Assembly (NCBI RefSeq): GCF_030028105.1
Contig: NC_092374.1
Span: forward strand, 90,176,491-90,240,490
DNA: 64,000 nt
Direction: 5' to 3'
From: Mobula birostris
Taxonomy: Eukaryota
Shown in pieces: positions 13,501 to 27,049 of this stretch (positions within the stretch are counted from its first letter, which is position 1; each line of letters starts with the position of its first letter). The translations under genes and the position numbers were made by a program. Under the pieces are notes generated by a model. That model saw only the letters and a program-made list of their open reading frames with translations, ran no database searches and was not told where the DNA came from.

Positions 13501-14214
13501 TACTGACTGCACTGACTGTGCTCTCCCAGTGAGGAAGTCGAGGATCCAGTTGCAGAGGGAGGTACAGAGGCCCAAGTTTTGGGGCATGTTGATTAGAACT
13601 GAGGGCATGATTGAGTTGAGCGCTGAGCTGCAGTCTACAATCAATTGTGAGAGAGACAAGAAGTATCCACAAGACCGAAGGACATACAGTAGGAGAAGAA
13701 CAAGGCCATTCGACCCTTTGATTCTGCTCCACCATTCTATCTCCCTCAACACCATTCTCCTGCCTTCTCTGCGTAACCTTAGCTCAAGAATCTATCAACC
13801 TCTGCTTTTACTAAATCGAATATACCTATTACTCAAATGGATAGACTGAATAAGAGGGGATGGTTTGATCAGTAGAGAAAGAGATGGGGAAGGTGAGGTT
13901 CAATACTTAGGGATGAAGGAATGTAAACAGAAGACTGATTCAATCAAAGGACTGAAAAAGCTCCACAGAGGGATCTGGTTGCCTTAGTGTCCAACACATG
14001 GAAAATTGGCTTGGAGCTACAGCAGGTATAGCAGCTCCACCATCAAGAACATCTACACGGAGCATGCTCTCTTCTCACTGCTGCCATCGGGAAGAAGGTA
14101 CAGGAGCCGCAACACCAGGTTCAGTAAACAATAACTACCCCTCAACCAGCTAGATCTTAAACCATTGGGGAAAACGTCACTCAGCTTCACTCATCCTATC
14201 AATGAACTATCTAT

Positions 14215-15079
14215 TGTGACGAGAATACACATAGATAAGATGTTAGCTGTCCTGTGTGATCAGCAGTTGGTCTGCCACCTGTCCTCAGGAGAGAGAGAGA
14301 TAAGGAAAACAATGGAGCAGCATTTGGAGATGTGTAATGAAGGGGAAGGAGAGCTGTCAAGATCGGCTCCCCCTTTGAACCCTGAACTGTTTGAAGTGAT
14401 GGACAGGCGATACCCCAGCAGGGGGATGAAAAGGGACAGGTTCGCTAAGGTGGGACACACGCACGACACCCGAGGTAACGAGACCCTGGAAGCGGTGCGC
14501 CTCTCACAAGTCGGTGGGAAGCTTTTGGACGGCTGATCACGGGATCAAGCCATAAACGCACAAGGTGGAAAGGCACGATCGGCGGGAACCTAGTGTGTGT
14601 CCACCCTTTCCTGGGTGCCAGGTTCAGCGCAGGGAAACGACTGTATCTGGAAATGGAGGGGTCACGGTCAGTGACCTCAGATGACATCATAAAGGACTCG
14701 CCCGACAGCTGACTGCGAAGGTCTGTGTGTGGAAGCTGTGTTGAATATTCATTCGTTTTGCTCTCTCTCTCCTCCTCCCCCCCACTGTTCATCGCCATGG
14801 CAACAATTACTGCGAACTGAACTAAATTGAACTGGACTTTGCGTCACTTTGAAACTGGTCATTTACCCCTAGACAATGATAGAGCTTGATTGATCCTGTT
14901 ATCCTAATTCTGTGCACATGTGTGTTTATCATTGCTGAACTGTTGCATTCATTATCCTTTTGATTAGAGTACTGTGTTGCTTGTTTCTTTAATAAAACTT
15001 TCTTAGTTCTAGTAATCCAGACTCCAACTGAGTGATCCATTTCTGCTGGTTTGGCAACCCAGTTACGGGGTACGTAACA
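14215..15079 (+). mobile_element. Solo LTR (865 bp)
   Basis: TGTGAC...GTAACA termini, 4-bp TSD CTAT (14211-14214 and 15080-15083), AATAAA at 14991; interrupts a Rex1 3' UTR. Confidence 0.85.
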
Positions 15080-15351
15080 CTATCGATTCACCTTCAAGAA
15101 CTCTTCATCTCCTGGTCTCAATATTTATTATTTATTTATTTATTTTCACTTTTGCTCTCTTCTGTACATAACTCTCAGGTCCTGTCGGCTGTGTAAGTCT
15201 AGGGGAGATAATCTCTGGCCCTGCCCAACGGGTGAGATTGAGATGCGAGTCCACCCGAAAACCCCCATTTGGGTGGATGCTGCGTGATGTGTTACCCTGT
15301 TATAAATCAGTACCACAAAGTAACAGGCACTACATTGCATACAATTAAATG

Positions 15352-18300
15352 ACTTAGCCACATCTGCACCAGGTGCATGAAGCTGCAGCTCCTTAGGGAC
15401 CGCGTGAGGGAGCTGGAGATGCAGCTCGATAAACTTCATCTGGTCAGGGAGAGTGAGGAGGTGACAGAGAGGAGCCATGGGCAGGTAGTCACTCTGGGGC
15501 CTGGGGAGACAGATACGTGGGTATCAGTCAGGAGAGGGAAGGGCACGAGTCAGATGCTAGAGAGTACCCCAGTGGCTGTCCCCCTTAACAATAAGTACAC
15601 CTGTTTGAGTACTGTTTTGGGGGAGACAGCCTACGTAGGGGAAGTAACAGTGGTCGCGCCTCTGGCACAGAGTCTGGCCCGGTGGCTCAGAAGGGTAAGG
15701 AAAGGAAGAGGATGGCAGCAGTGATAGGGGACTCTATAGTCAGACAGGCGATTCTGTGGACGCAGGAAAGAAACGCAGATGGTAGTTTGCCTCCCAGGTG
15801 CCAGGGTCCGGGAAGTTTCTGATCGCGTCCATGATATCTTGAAGTGAGAAGGAGAACAGCCAGAGGTTGTGGTACATATTGGTACCAATGACATAGGTAG
15901 GAAAAGGGAGGAGGTCCTGAAAGCAGACTACAGGGAGTTAGGAAGGAAGTTGAGAAGCAGGACCTCAAAGGTGGTAATCTCGGAATTACTGCCTGTGCCA
16001 TGTGACAGTGAGTGTAGGAATAGAGTGAGGTGGAGGATAAGTGTGTGGCTGAGGGATTGGAGCAGGGGACAGGGATTCAGATTTCTGGATCATTGGGACC
16101 TCTTCTGGGCCAGGTCTGACCTGTACAAAAAGGACGAGTTGCACTTGCATCTGAGGGGGATCAATGTCCTGGTGGGGCAGTTTGCAAGAGCTATTGAGGA
16201 GAGTTTAAATTAGAATTGCTGTGGGGCGGGAACCGAAGAGAAGTGATGGAGGAAAGGGAGGTTGCCTCACAAATAGAGAAAGTTTGGAGACTGTGCAGGT
16301 GATAGAGAAGGGGCGCACTCAGACTGATGGTTTGAGATGTGTCTCCTTTTAATGCGAGGAGTATTATGAATAAAGCAGATGAGCTTAGAGCCTGGATCGG
16401 TACTTGGAGCTATAATGTTGTGGCCATTACAGAGACTTGGATGGTGCAGGGGCAGGAATGGCTACTTCAAGTGCCAGGCTTTAGATGTTTCAGAAAGGAC
16501 AGGGAGGAAGGCAAAAGAGCTGGGGGCGTGGCACTGTTGATCAGAGATAGTGTCATGGCTGCAGAAAAGGAGGAAGTCATGGAGGGGTTGTCTACAGAGT
16601 CTCTGTGGGTGGAAGTTAGGAATAAGAAGGGGTCAATAATTCTACTGTGTGTTTTTTATAGACCACCCAATAACAACAGGGACATCAAGGAGCAGATAGG
16701 GAGGCAGATTCTGGAAAGGAGTAATAATAACAGGGTTGTTGTGGTGGGAGATTTTAATTTCCTAAATATTGATTGGCATCTTCCTAGAGTGAGGGGTTTA
16801 GATGGGGTGGAGTTTGTTAGGTGTGTTCAGGAAGGTTTCTTGACACAATATGTAGATAAGCCTACATGACGAGAGGCTGTACTTGGTCTGATATTGGGAA
16901 ATGAACCTGGTCATGTGTCAGATCTCTCAGTGGGAGAGTATTTTGGAGACAATGATCACAATTCTTTCTCCTTTACCATAGCATTGGAGAGGGATAGGAA
17001 CAGACAAGTTAGAGAAGTGTTTAATTGGAGTAAGGGGAAATATGAGGCTATCAGGCAGGAACTTGGAAGCATAAATTGGAAACAGATGCTCTCAGCGAAG
17101 CGTATGTAAGAAATGTGGCAAATGTCCAGGGGACATTTGCATGGGGTTCTGCGTAGGTACGTTCCAATAAGACAGGGAAAGGATAGTAGGGTACAGGAAC
17201 CGTGGTGTACAAACGCTGTTGTAAATCTAGTCAAGAAAAGAAGAGCTTACGAAAGGTTTAAAAAACTAGGCAATGATAGAGATCTAGAAGATTATAAAGA
17301 CTAGCAGAAAGAAACTTAAAAATGAAATTAGGAGAGCCAGAAGGGGCCATGAGAAGGCCTTGGTGGACAGGATTAAGGAAAACCCCAAGGCATTCTACAA
17401 GTATGTGATGAGCAAGAGGATAAGACATGAGAGAAAAGGACCAATCAAGTGTGACAATGGAAAAGTGTATATGGAACTGGAGGAAATAGCAGAGGTACTT
17501 AATGAATACTTTGCTTCAGTATTCACTACGGAAAAGGATCTTGGCAATTGTAGGGATGACCTGCAGTGGACTGAAAAGCTTGAGCATGTAGATATTAAGG
17601 AAGAGGATGTGCTGGAGCTTTTGGAAAGCATCAAGTTGGTTAAGTCAACGAGACCGGAAGGGATGTACCCCAGGCTACAGTGGGAGGCGAGGGAGAAGAT
17701 TGCTGAGCCTCTGGCAATGATCTCTGCATCATCAGTGAGGACGAGAGAGAATTGGAGGGTTGCGGATGTTGTTCCCTTATTCAAGAAAGGGAGTAGAGAT
17801 AGCCCAGGAAATTATAGGCCAGTGAGTCTTACTTCAGTGGTTGGTAAGTTGATGGAGAAGATCCTGAGAGGCAGGATTTATGAACATTTAGAGAGGCATA
17901 ATATGATTAGGAATAGTCAGCATGGCTTTGTCAAAGGCAGGTCGTGCCTTATGAGCCTGATTGAATTATTTGAGGATGTGACTAAACACATTGATGAAGG
18001 TAGAGCAGTTGATGTAGTGTATATGGATTTTAGCAAGACATTTGATAAGGTACCCCATGCAAGGCTTATTGAGAAAGTGAGGAGGCCTGAGATCCAAGGG
18101 GACATTGTTTTGTGGATTCAGAACTGGCTTGCCCACAGAAGGCAAAGAGTGGTTGTAGACAGGTCATATTCTGCATGGAGGTTGGTGACCAGTGGTGTTC
18201 TGAAGGGATCTGTTCTGGGAACCCTACTCTTTGTGATTTTTATAAATGACCTGGATGAGAAAGTGGAGGGATGGGTTAGTAAATTTGCAGATGACACAAA

Positions 18301-19180
18301 GGTTGGGGATATTGTGAATAGTGTGGAGCACTGTCAGAGGTTACAGCGGGACATTGATAGTATGCAAAACTGGGCTGAGAAGTGGCAGATGGAGTTCAAC
18401 CCAGATAAGTGTGAAGTGGTTCATTTTGGTAGGTCAAATATGATGGCAGAATATAGTATTAATGGTAAGACTCTTGGCAGTGTGGAGGATCAGAGGGATC
18501 TTGGGGTCCAAATCCATAAGACGCAGGTTGACTCTGTGGTTAAGAAGGCATACTGAGCATTGGCCTTCATCAATCATGGGATTGAGTGTAAGAGCCGAGA
18601 GGTAATGTTGCAGCTATATAGGACCCTAGTCAGACCCCAATTGGAGTACTGTGCTCAATTCTGGTCACCTCACTATGGAAAGTACGTGGAGACCATAGAA
18701 AGGGTGCAGAGGAGATTTACAAGGACGTTGCCTGGATTGGGGAACATGCCTTATGTGAATAGGTTGAGTAAATTTGGCCTTTTTTCCTTGGAGCAACAGA
18801 GGATCAGAGGTGACCTGGTAGAGGTGTATAAGATAATGAGCGTCATTGATCATGTGGACAGTCAGAGGCTTTTTCCCAGGGTTGAAATGGCTAGCATGAG
18901 AGGACATAGTTTTAAGGTGCTTGGAAGTAGGTACAGGGAAGATGTCAGGGCTAAGTTTTTTATGCAGAGAGTGGTGAGTGCGTGGAATGGGCTGCCGGCG
19001 GCGGTGGTGGAGGTGGAAATGATAGGATCTTTTAAGAGACTCCTGGCAGGTACATGGAGCTTAGAAAAATAGAGGGCTCTAGGTAAGCCTAGGTAGTTCG
19101 AAGGTACGGACATGTTCGACACAGCTTTGTGGGTTGAAGGGACTGTATTGTGCTGTAGGTTTTCTATGTTTCTTTGTTTC
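15352..19180 (+). mobile_element. Near full-length, inactivated CR1 (HER1-like) LINE: ORF1 esterase, APE, RT, TTCTATG-type tail
   Basis: ORFs 15869 (VHIGTNDIG), 16339 (VVAITETW, GDFNF), 17360 (RT: QHGF, KGSVLG, FADDTK) and 18560; premature stops lie between them. Confidence 0.92.
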
Positions 19181-19769
19181 TGTGATTCTTAATTTGACTA
19201 CAGGGTTAGTGAAGAAAAAGAAAAAAAGTAAAGGGTACATTTTAATGAAACAGTCTAACGTGCACCAGTTGGAGCTCACGGTTTCCCCTTCGCCCATCCT
19301 CCTTCGATCTCCTCGGCCTTCGTCGGATCATGGCTCCACTCCGGCGTCTTCCCTCTTCATCTCCCGTCGAACAAAAGACCCAGGTCACCCTGGTGTCAGG
19401 CACACGGCACGAAAACACCCTCCAGTCCTTGGAGACTCACATTCCACAGCACCCATTATCTTTAACCATAACCCAACCGCTGCTTCCACAGAAAGACCAC
19501 TACATTAGCAGTGAAACCTTTCCCAGGGTGTTACATGGTTTTGCACAGATTTTCTCTTTTGCACATTGATTGTTCACCCATCCTGTTGGATGTGGTCTTT
19601 CATTGACTGTATTTTGTTTCTTGGATTTACTGTGTATGCCCACAAGAAAATGAATCTCAGAGTTGTATATAGCGACATATATGTACTTTGATAATAAATT
19701 TACTTTAAACTTTGAGGGGCTTAGAATGGATGGATACTCTTTTTCCCAGGGAGGTAATGTCTATCATTA

Positions 19770-21240
19770 TTAGTATTGTTATTTTTATCTTTTTCTCAGT
19801 TCAAGCTGGTAAAACTTGAGGTATAGCCAAGCACATTCGTTTCTCAATTGCTACAAACTTTCAGAATGTGTTAGTTGTGTTTAGTATTGTGGCTTTCTGG
19901 AGATTTGCATAAATATTGATGTGTAGGCTTAATTGTTTAATGCTGTTGTGTAGTGACTCTGGGATGATGCCAGAGGTAGATATTACTATTGTTCCAAAGT
20001 CTTTAAATTTCCTCTTTTGATTCAACATATTTCTGGTGTTTTTCACTTTTTGATTTCGGTAAGATTTGTATTTGCTTAAATCTTTCTCAGAAAGGTGTAA
20101 TAGCAATTGTATATAATATAATTATGAATTTATGTCCTGATGCCTCTAATAAAATTAAAGCTGACTGGGAAAGAGAACTTGAGATTAATATACCGACTGA
20201 AAAATGGGAAAAAATTCTTCAGTTGGTGAATTCATCCTCTGTATGTGCTAAGCATAGGTTGATACAGTTTAAAGTAGTTCACAGGGCTCATATGTCCAAA
20301 GATAAACTATCTCGTTATTACTCTTATATTAATCCAATATGTGACAGATGCCAGTCTGAGATTGCTTCTTTAACTCACATGTTTTGGTCATGTCCCTTGT
20401 TGGAGAAATATTGGAAAGATATTTTTGATATTATTTCAACGATCCTAAATCTAGACTTACAACCTCATCCAATTACTGCTATCTTTGGATTACCAATGAT
20501 AGACTCAAATAATTTAACCTCTTCATCACGAAGGATGATTGCATTTCTTACTTTAATAGCTAGAAGGTCCATCTTGTTGAATTGGAAAGAGATCAACCCT
20601 CCTACAGTATTTCATTGGTTTTCACAAACTATGGTGTGTCTGAATTTGGAGAAAATTAGAAGTGCAGTTTATGACCCTTCTATTAAGTTTGAAAAAATTT
20701 GGAAGCCATTTATTCAGCATTTTCATTTGATGTAATTTGATCATTTCCAAACTGGTTTTATTTCTCTGTACTGTTGTTGGAGGGGAATGGAATCGTCGAC
20801 GCTGAGGTTTTCTTCTTTTCCATTTTTAAGCTGTTAGTTTTGCCCAAGTCTTTTAGTTTAGTTTAGTTTTTTTTCTTTTGGGATGGGTTTTTTTTCTTTT
20901 TTCGTCTTTTTCCTTTTTTTTTGCTTTATATTATCCGTGATCAGTTTTACATGTATGGGAGTTCTGGTAATTTCCACTATTTAGTTTTGCAATTACTCTT
21001 TTTTTAAATGTAACAATACATCTCATATTATTTGTATTATTGCTATGTTTTGTTTCTATATTTTGAAATTAATAAAAAGATTGAAAAAGAAAGAAAGATT
21101 TGTATTTGGAATGGTTATATCTATTAAATAAGTTGTTTACCCTGTATTATTATACCTGGACTATTATGATGGATTATTCTATCTGTAATAATGGATTGGT
21201 TGTAATATAGTTCGTAGCACTCTGAATCTAAAACTGGATG
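19770..21240 (-). mobile_element. R4/Dong-like RLE retrotransposon 3' fragment, split by an L1 insertion
   Basis: Decayed translation PVLDSECYELYYNQSIITDRIIHHN.P.II..G...LIDITIPNT / SEKHQKYVE.KEEI.RLWN / IVISTSGIIPESLHNSIKQL...NLQKATILNT; TAA-rich 3' tail at about 19765-19790. Confidence 0.7.
20075..21094 (+). mobile_element. 5'-truncated L1-clade LINE
   Basis: ORF 20124-20735 carries the L1 C-terminal knuckle (CDRC...SLTHMFWSC); AATAAA and A-rich tail at 21071-21094; 14-bp TSD AAGATTTGTATTTG at 20061-20074 and 21095-21108. Confidence 0.88.
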
Positions 21241-22029
21241 GAGCTTGAATCAATATGTTGGATGGAGTGTTAGTCTTTGGTCTGTCCTGTTTTCTGTGCT
21301 ATCACTCTGGAGAAACATTGTATCATTTCTTAACGCGTGTATGCATTTCTAAATGACAATAAAAGAGGACTGAGTGTTCTCTAATCTAATCTAATAATCT
21401 AATTTATAGCAAGGTATGGTTTCTTGTATGAGTTTGCATTTTAAAGCAAGATTTTGGTGAATGACGTTTGCCTCTTGATCAATCGGATTGAGTTAAACTA
21501 TTGCAGGATCCTGTGATGTGTTGGATTGTTTCTGGCTTCTTGGCATTTTCTGCATTTATGATCTTGACTTTTTAAGTTAACAATCAGGTAATACGGGATG
21601 CCTAACGAAGTGGCCATTGAGTGTAGTCTGATAACAGCAGAGTACGAAGAATGAAAGCTTATCTTTATTTGTTTCATGCACATCAAAACATTCAGAGAAA
21701 TATGTAAACGTTTGTAATTTGTGTCAACAATCAACATAGTTCAAGGATGAAGCTGGGGGCTGCCCGCAAGCGCCCCTTGCTTCTGGTGCCAACAATTAAA
21801 TAACCTGAACCACAACTGAACACACAAGGCGAGAACGTAGAGTACTATGCAAAAGTCTTAGGCAAATATATATAGGTAGGGTGCCTAAGTCCTTTGCACA
21901 GTACAGCAGGAAATTTATGTATTGTATTGTACTGTTTCCCCCCCAAAAAAAATCATGACATACGTGAGTAATGATAAACCTGATTCTGATATGGGTCTCT
22001 ATTGTGAATTGAGAGTGGGAAGGGGGCAG

Positions 22030-23150
22030 GGTGAACCTGGGCCTCCGTATCTCCCTCTGCAATTGGACCTTGACTTTCTAACTGGAAGACGACAGTCTGT
22101 GCGGATTGGTGATAACATCTCTTCCTCGCCGACCATCAACACTGGTGCACCTCAGGGGTGTGTGCTTAACCCACTGCTCTACTCTCTATATACCCATAAA
22201 TGTGCGTCTCGGCGTAGCTCAAATACCATCTATAAATTTGCTGATGATACAACCATTGTTGGTGGAATCTCAGGTGGTGACGAGAGGGCGTACAGGAGTG
22301 AGATATGCCAACTAGTGGAGTGGTGTCACAGCAACAACCTTGCACACAACGTCAGTAAGACAAAAGAGCTGATTGTGGACTTCAGGAAGGGTAAGACGAA
22401 GTAACACATACCAATCCTCATAGAAGGATCAGAAGTGGAGAGAGTGAGCAGCTTCAAGTTCCTGGGTGTCAAGATCTCTGAGGATCTAACCTGGTCCCAA
22501 CATATTGATGTAGTTATAAAGAAGGCAAGACAGCGACTATACTTCATTAGGAGTTTGAAGAAATTTGGCATGTCAACAAATACACTCAAAAACTTCTACA
22601 GTTGTACCGTGGAGAGCATTCTGACAGGCTGCATCACTGTCTGGTATGGAGGGACGACTGCACAGGGCTGAAAGAAGCTGCAGAGGGTTGTGAATCTAGT
22701 CAGCTCCATCTTGGATGCTGGCCTACAAACTACCCAGGACATCTTCAGGGAATGGTGTCTCAGAAAGGCAGCGTCCATTATTAAGGACCTCCTACACCCA
22801 GGGCATGCCCTTTTCTCACTGTTACCATCAGGTAGGAGATACAGAAGCCTGAAGGCACACACTCAGCGATTCAGGAACAGCTTCTTCCCCTCTGCCATCC
22901 GATTCCTAAATGGACATTGAAGCTTTAGACACTCCCTGACTTTTTTTTAATATACAATATTTCTGTTTTTGCACATTTTAAAAAATCTATTCAATATACA
23001 TAATTTATTTACTTGTCTATTGAATATTATTATTATTTTTATTTTATTGTTTTTTCTGTGCTAGATTATGTATTGCATTGAACTGTTGCTGCTAAGTTAA
23101 CAACTTTCCCATCACATGCCATCGATAATAAACCTGATTCTGATTCTGAT
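22030..23150 (+). mobile_element. 5'-truncated Rex1/Babar LINE
   Basis: Encodes [20 protein letters not shown]...[12 protein letters not shown]...[10 protein letters not shown]; (TTCTGA)n tail. Confidence 0.88.
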
Positions 23151-24140
23151 TTTGCTTTTAAAATCTTGTAATCTTTTAGTCTTTTGCACTTGACTTATCT
23201 TCACTCCACATTTACTTTTCTCTTTTTATCTTTTGCTTTTACTTTATCGTTATCCACACTTTTCTCTTTTACTTTATCCATACTTCTCCAATCTGTTGAA
23301 CCCACCCCCCTACTATTTAGTTTAAAGCCCTATCTACTATGCGATTCACTAGGATCCAGGTCCCATCACAGTTCAGGTGGAGCCCGTCTGAACTTGGCTC
23401 AAGCAAAGACACATTCAATATCATCATTATTTGTTGTGTTGTGTGGGCGATCATAATTGTTCTTGGCAATTTTTTCTACAGAAGTGGTTTGCCATTGCCT
23501 TCTTCTGGGCAGTGTCTTTATAAGACGGGTGACCCCAGCCATCATCAATACTCTTCAGAGGTTGTCAGCCTGGTGTCAGTGGTCGCATAACCAGGACTTG
23601 TGATATGGACCAGCTGCTCATACGACCATCCACCACCTACTCTCATGGCTTCACGTGACCCTGATCGGGGAGGGGTGGGGAGGCTAAGTAAGTGCCACAC
23701 CTTGCCCAAGGGTGACTTGCAGACTAGCAGAGGGAAGGAGCATTTTTCACCTCCACCCCAGAGCAGTGGAGACTGAGGATCAGTCCACAGCAGGGGGTAA
23801 TGGTATTGGTCCATGGTATAAATAAGGTTGGGAACCCCTGGTCCATATTCTGAGCCCAGCATCTACATGCAATCTTATGTCCATAGACACAGGAGCAGAA
23901 TTAACCATTGAAAAATGCTCACAATATTCCAAATGCAGTCTGACCAAAGTCTCTGCAGTACATACTTGCCATTATATTCTGCTTCAAGTTCAAGTTTATT
24001 GGGAATTAACCATATACAGGGATACCACCAAGCAAGGCACTGTTCCTCTGGACCAAGGTATGCAACACAGGACACATAATTCACACGCATAACGCATAAA
24101 TTAAAACTACCACAGATAAATTAGCAAATAGTAATGTACA

Positions 24141-25565
24141 TGCATGATGTTGTTCATCGACTATAGCTCAGTATTTAATACCATCATTCCCACAATCCTG
24201 ATTGAGAAGTTGCAGAACCTGGGCCTCTGTACCTCCCTCCGCAATTGGATCCTCGACTTCCTAACCAGAAGACCACAGTCTGTGCAGATTGGTGATAACA
24301 TGTCCTCCTCGCTGACGATCAACACTGGTGCACCTCACGGGTGTGTGTGCTTAGCCCACTGCTCTACTCTCTCTATACCCATGACTCTGTGTTTAGGCAT
24401 AGCTCAAATACCATCTACAAATTTGCTGACGATACAACCATTGTCGGTAGAATCTCAGGTGGTGACGAGAGGGCGTACAGGAGTGAGATATGCCAACTAG
24501 TGGAGTGGTGCCACAGCAACAACCTGGCATTCAATGTCTGTAAGACGAAAGAGCTGATTGCAGACTTCAGGAAGCGTAAGACAAAGGAGCACATACCAAT
24601 CCTCATAAAGGGATCAGAAGTGGAGAGAGTGATCATCTTCAAGTCCTTCAGAGTCAAGATCTCTGAGGATCTAACCTGGTCCCAACATATCGATGTAGTT
24701 ATAAAGAAGGCAAGACAGTGCTATACATTATTAGGAGTTTGAAGAGATTTGGCATGTCAACAAATACACTCAAAAACTTCTATAGTTGTACTGTGGAAAG
24801 CATTCTGACAGGCTGCATCACTATCTGGTATGCGGGGTGGGAGGGGGGCGCTACTGCACAGGACCAAAAGAAGCTACAGAGGATTGTAAATTTAGTCGAC
24901 TCCATCTTGGGTACTTGCCTACAAAGTACTCAGGAAATTTTCAGGGAGCAGTGTCTCAGAAAGGCAGTGTCCATTATTAAGGACCTCCAGCACCCAGGGC
25001 ATGCCCGTTTCTCACTGTTACCACCAGGTAGGAGGTACAGGAGCCTGATGGCACACACTCAGCGATTCAGGAAAAGCGTGCTCCCCTCTGCCATCTGATT
25101 CCTAAATGGACATCGAACCCGTGAACACTACCTCACTTTTTTAATATACATATCATTTCTGTCTTTTTGCACGATTTTTAATCTATTAAATATACAGCAC
25201 GTATACTGTAATATGTATACTGCCGGCTAATGGCGTAGTGGCAACAGCATTGGACTTCGGAGCGAAGGCTCCCGAGTTCAAATCCAGCCGGCTCCCTTGC
25301 ACGCTTTCTGTCCGTGCTGGGTTGAGCATCGAGCTAGCAACTTGGCCTCGTAAAAATAAGAAAGCCTGCTAAAATCGCCATCATGATGGCGTCCCAATGA
25401 CTCCACTCAGAGTTGAGGGCTCTCTTCTTCTTATTATTATTATTGATTTACTTATTTATTATAATTTTATTTTTTCCCTTTTCTATATTATGTATTGCAT
25501 TGAACTGCTGGTACTAAGTTAACAAATTTCACAACACATGCCGGTGATAATAAACCTGATTCTGA
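24141..25565 (+). mobile_element. 5'-truncated Rex1/Babar LINE (part of the duplicated block), with a SINE inserted in its tail
   Basis: Encodes [15 protein letters not shown]...[14 protein letters not shown]...FADDTT; ends in aaacctgattctgatt. Confidence 0.88.
25222..25432 (+). mobile_element. tRNA-derived SINE (non-V family)
   Basis: A box tggcgtagtgg (25231), B box gagttcaaatcc (25274), (TTC)n tail. Confidence 0.7.
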
Positions 25566-26414
25566 TTGGGAAAAGTGAAAGCAGAGAGGAGGGTGTAGGA
25601 AGCACCAGTCAGATATTCTGTAATGATCAATAAACCAATTGTTTGGAATCAAATGACCTTGCCTGGTGTCTCAGGGCTGGGTGTGTCTGCACCCGCACCA
25701 CCCCCACCCCGGCGCTCCTCCTCTACCACCTGTCCCACATCCATCCTTTGCTTCCACCAGATTTACACAGACACTCTGCACTCCGTGTTGATAAATACAG
25801 TACTGTCTAGTTATATATATGTGTGCTGAAGACTTTGGCACTGTTCTGTGCAAACTTCTTACAGACAGCAGTGGGAATTGAACCCTGATCAGTGACGCTG
25901 GCACTGTAAAGCGTTGCACTATTCGCTTTGCCAACATGCCGCTCCCTTGACCCTGTCCTGAAAGATGTCCTTGAGCCTGGCAGTGTGCATCTTCTGCCTG
26001 ATGGGAGAGGGCAGAAGAGAGAATGTCTGGAGTGGGTGGGTCCTTTGCTTATGCTGGCTGCTTTACTGAGATGCAGAAAGTGCAGCCAGAGACGTAAATG
26101 AACTTTCAGTGTAAGGGGGCAGAAGTGGACAGCGTAGCCACTTGCACATCAACTTCAGCCTCTGTCTTTGATCATCTGTACGTCACCCCCCAATGTCATC
26201 CATTTTCTCCTGTCACCTGTCAGTCTCCTCTCAATTATCCCTCTCACCTCTTTTCATCTCTCTCCACTCTCAGTCCTGATGCAGGGTCTCAACCCGAAAC
26301 ACTGACCAGCCTTCTGTCACCACAAATGCTGCCTGTCCCACAGAAATCCCCCAGCATCTGCAGTCCCCTGTGTCTTCAAGTTTCAGTGAAATGTGAATTT
26401 GTGACTAAATTATG

Positions 26415-26730
26415 GGGACAGAGGGAGCTTCACCCCATGTCTGACCCTGGGAGTGTGTGATGGGACAGTGTAGAGGGAGCTTCACTCTGCGTCTGACCCT
26501 GGGAATGTGTGATGGGACAGTGTGGAGGGAGCTTCACTCTGCGTCTGACCCTGGGAGTGTGTGATGGGACAGTGTGGAGGGAGCTTCACTCTGTGTCTGA
26601 CCCTGGGAGTGTGTGATGGGACAGTGTAGAGGGAGCTTCACACTGTCTGACCCTGGGAGTGTGTGATGGGACAGTGTGGAGGGAGCTTCACTCTGCTTCT
26701 GACCCTGGGAGTGTGTGATGGGATGGTGTA
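26415..26730. repeat. 52-bp minisatellite, about 6 copies
   Basis: Unit ctgaccctgggagtgtgtgatgggacagtgt(a/g)gagggagcttcactctg(c/t)gt at 26441, 26493, 26545, 26597 and onward. Confidence 0.9.
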
Positions 26731-26837
26731 GACTAGTTTATTGTGTATCATTGCGTGATCCTACAATGATGGATCAGGTTTGCAGGGTTGGCAAGTGAGA
26801 CAGGAAATGCACTGACTTTGAACAGGTACATTAATCA

Positions 26838-26843
26838 TTTATT
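26838..26843 (-). terminator. Candidate polyadenylation signal (AATAAA) of the receptor gene
   Basis: AATAAA on the minus strand at the end of a U-rich unique stretch (26850-27050). An alternative AATAAA lies at 27973-27978 inside a Rex1 tail. Confidence 0.4.
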
Positions 26844-27049
26844 TTCAAACAGTAAAAATTTGACCAAACATTCATTAAGACACCACAAAGCCAAATACTC
26901 GACAAAAGTGCATGCAGAGAATTCCTTCACAATTGCCATGTGCGTCCTTGCCTTAAACATAGGAAGAGGTGAGCAAGGCCTTTCCGGATACCCAGAGTAT
27001 TTGAAACTGGACACCAGGCAACTATCCAATGGGAAAAGCAGCTGACTGG

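Noticed and set aside
25222-25290. tRNA gene
   Set aside because: It has A and B boxes but no complete cloverleaf and continues into a SINE body and tail. The same applies to the V-SINE heads.
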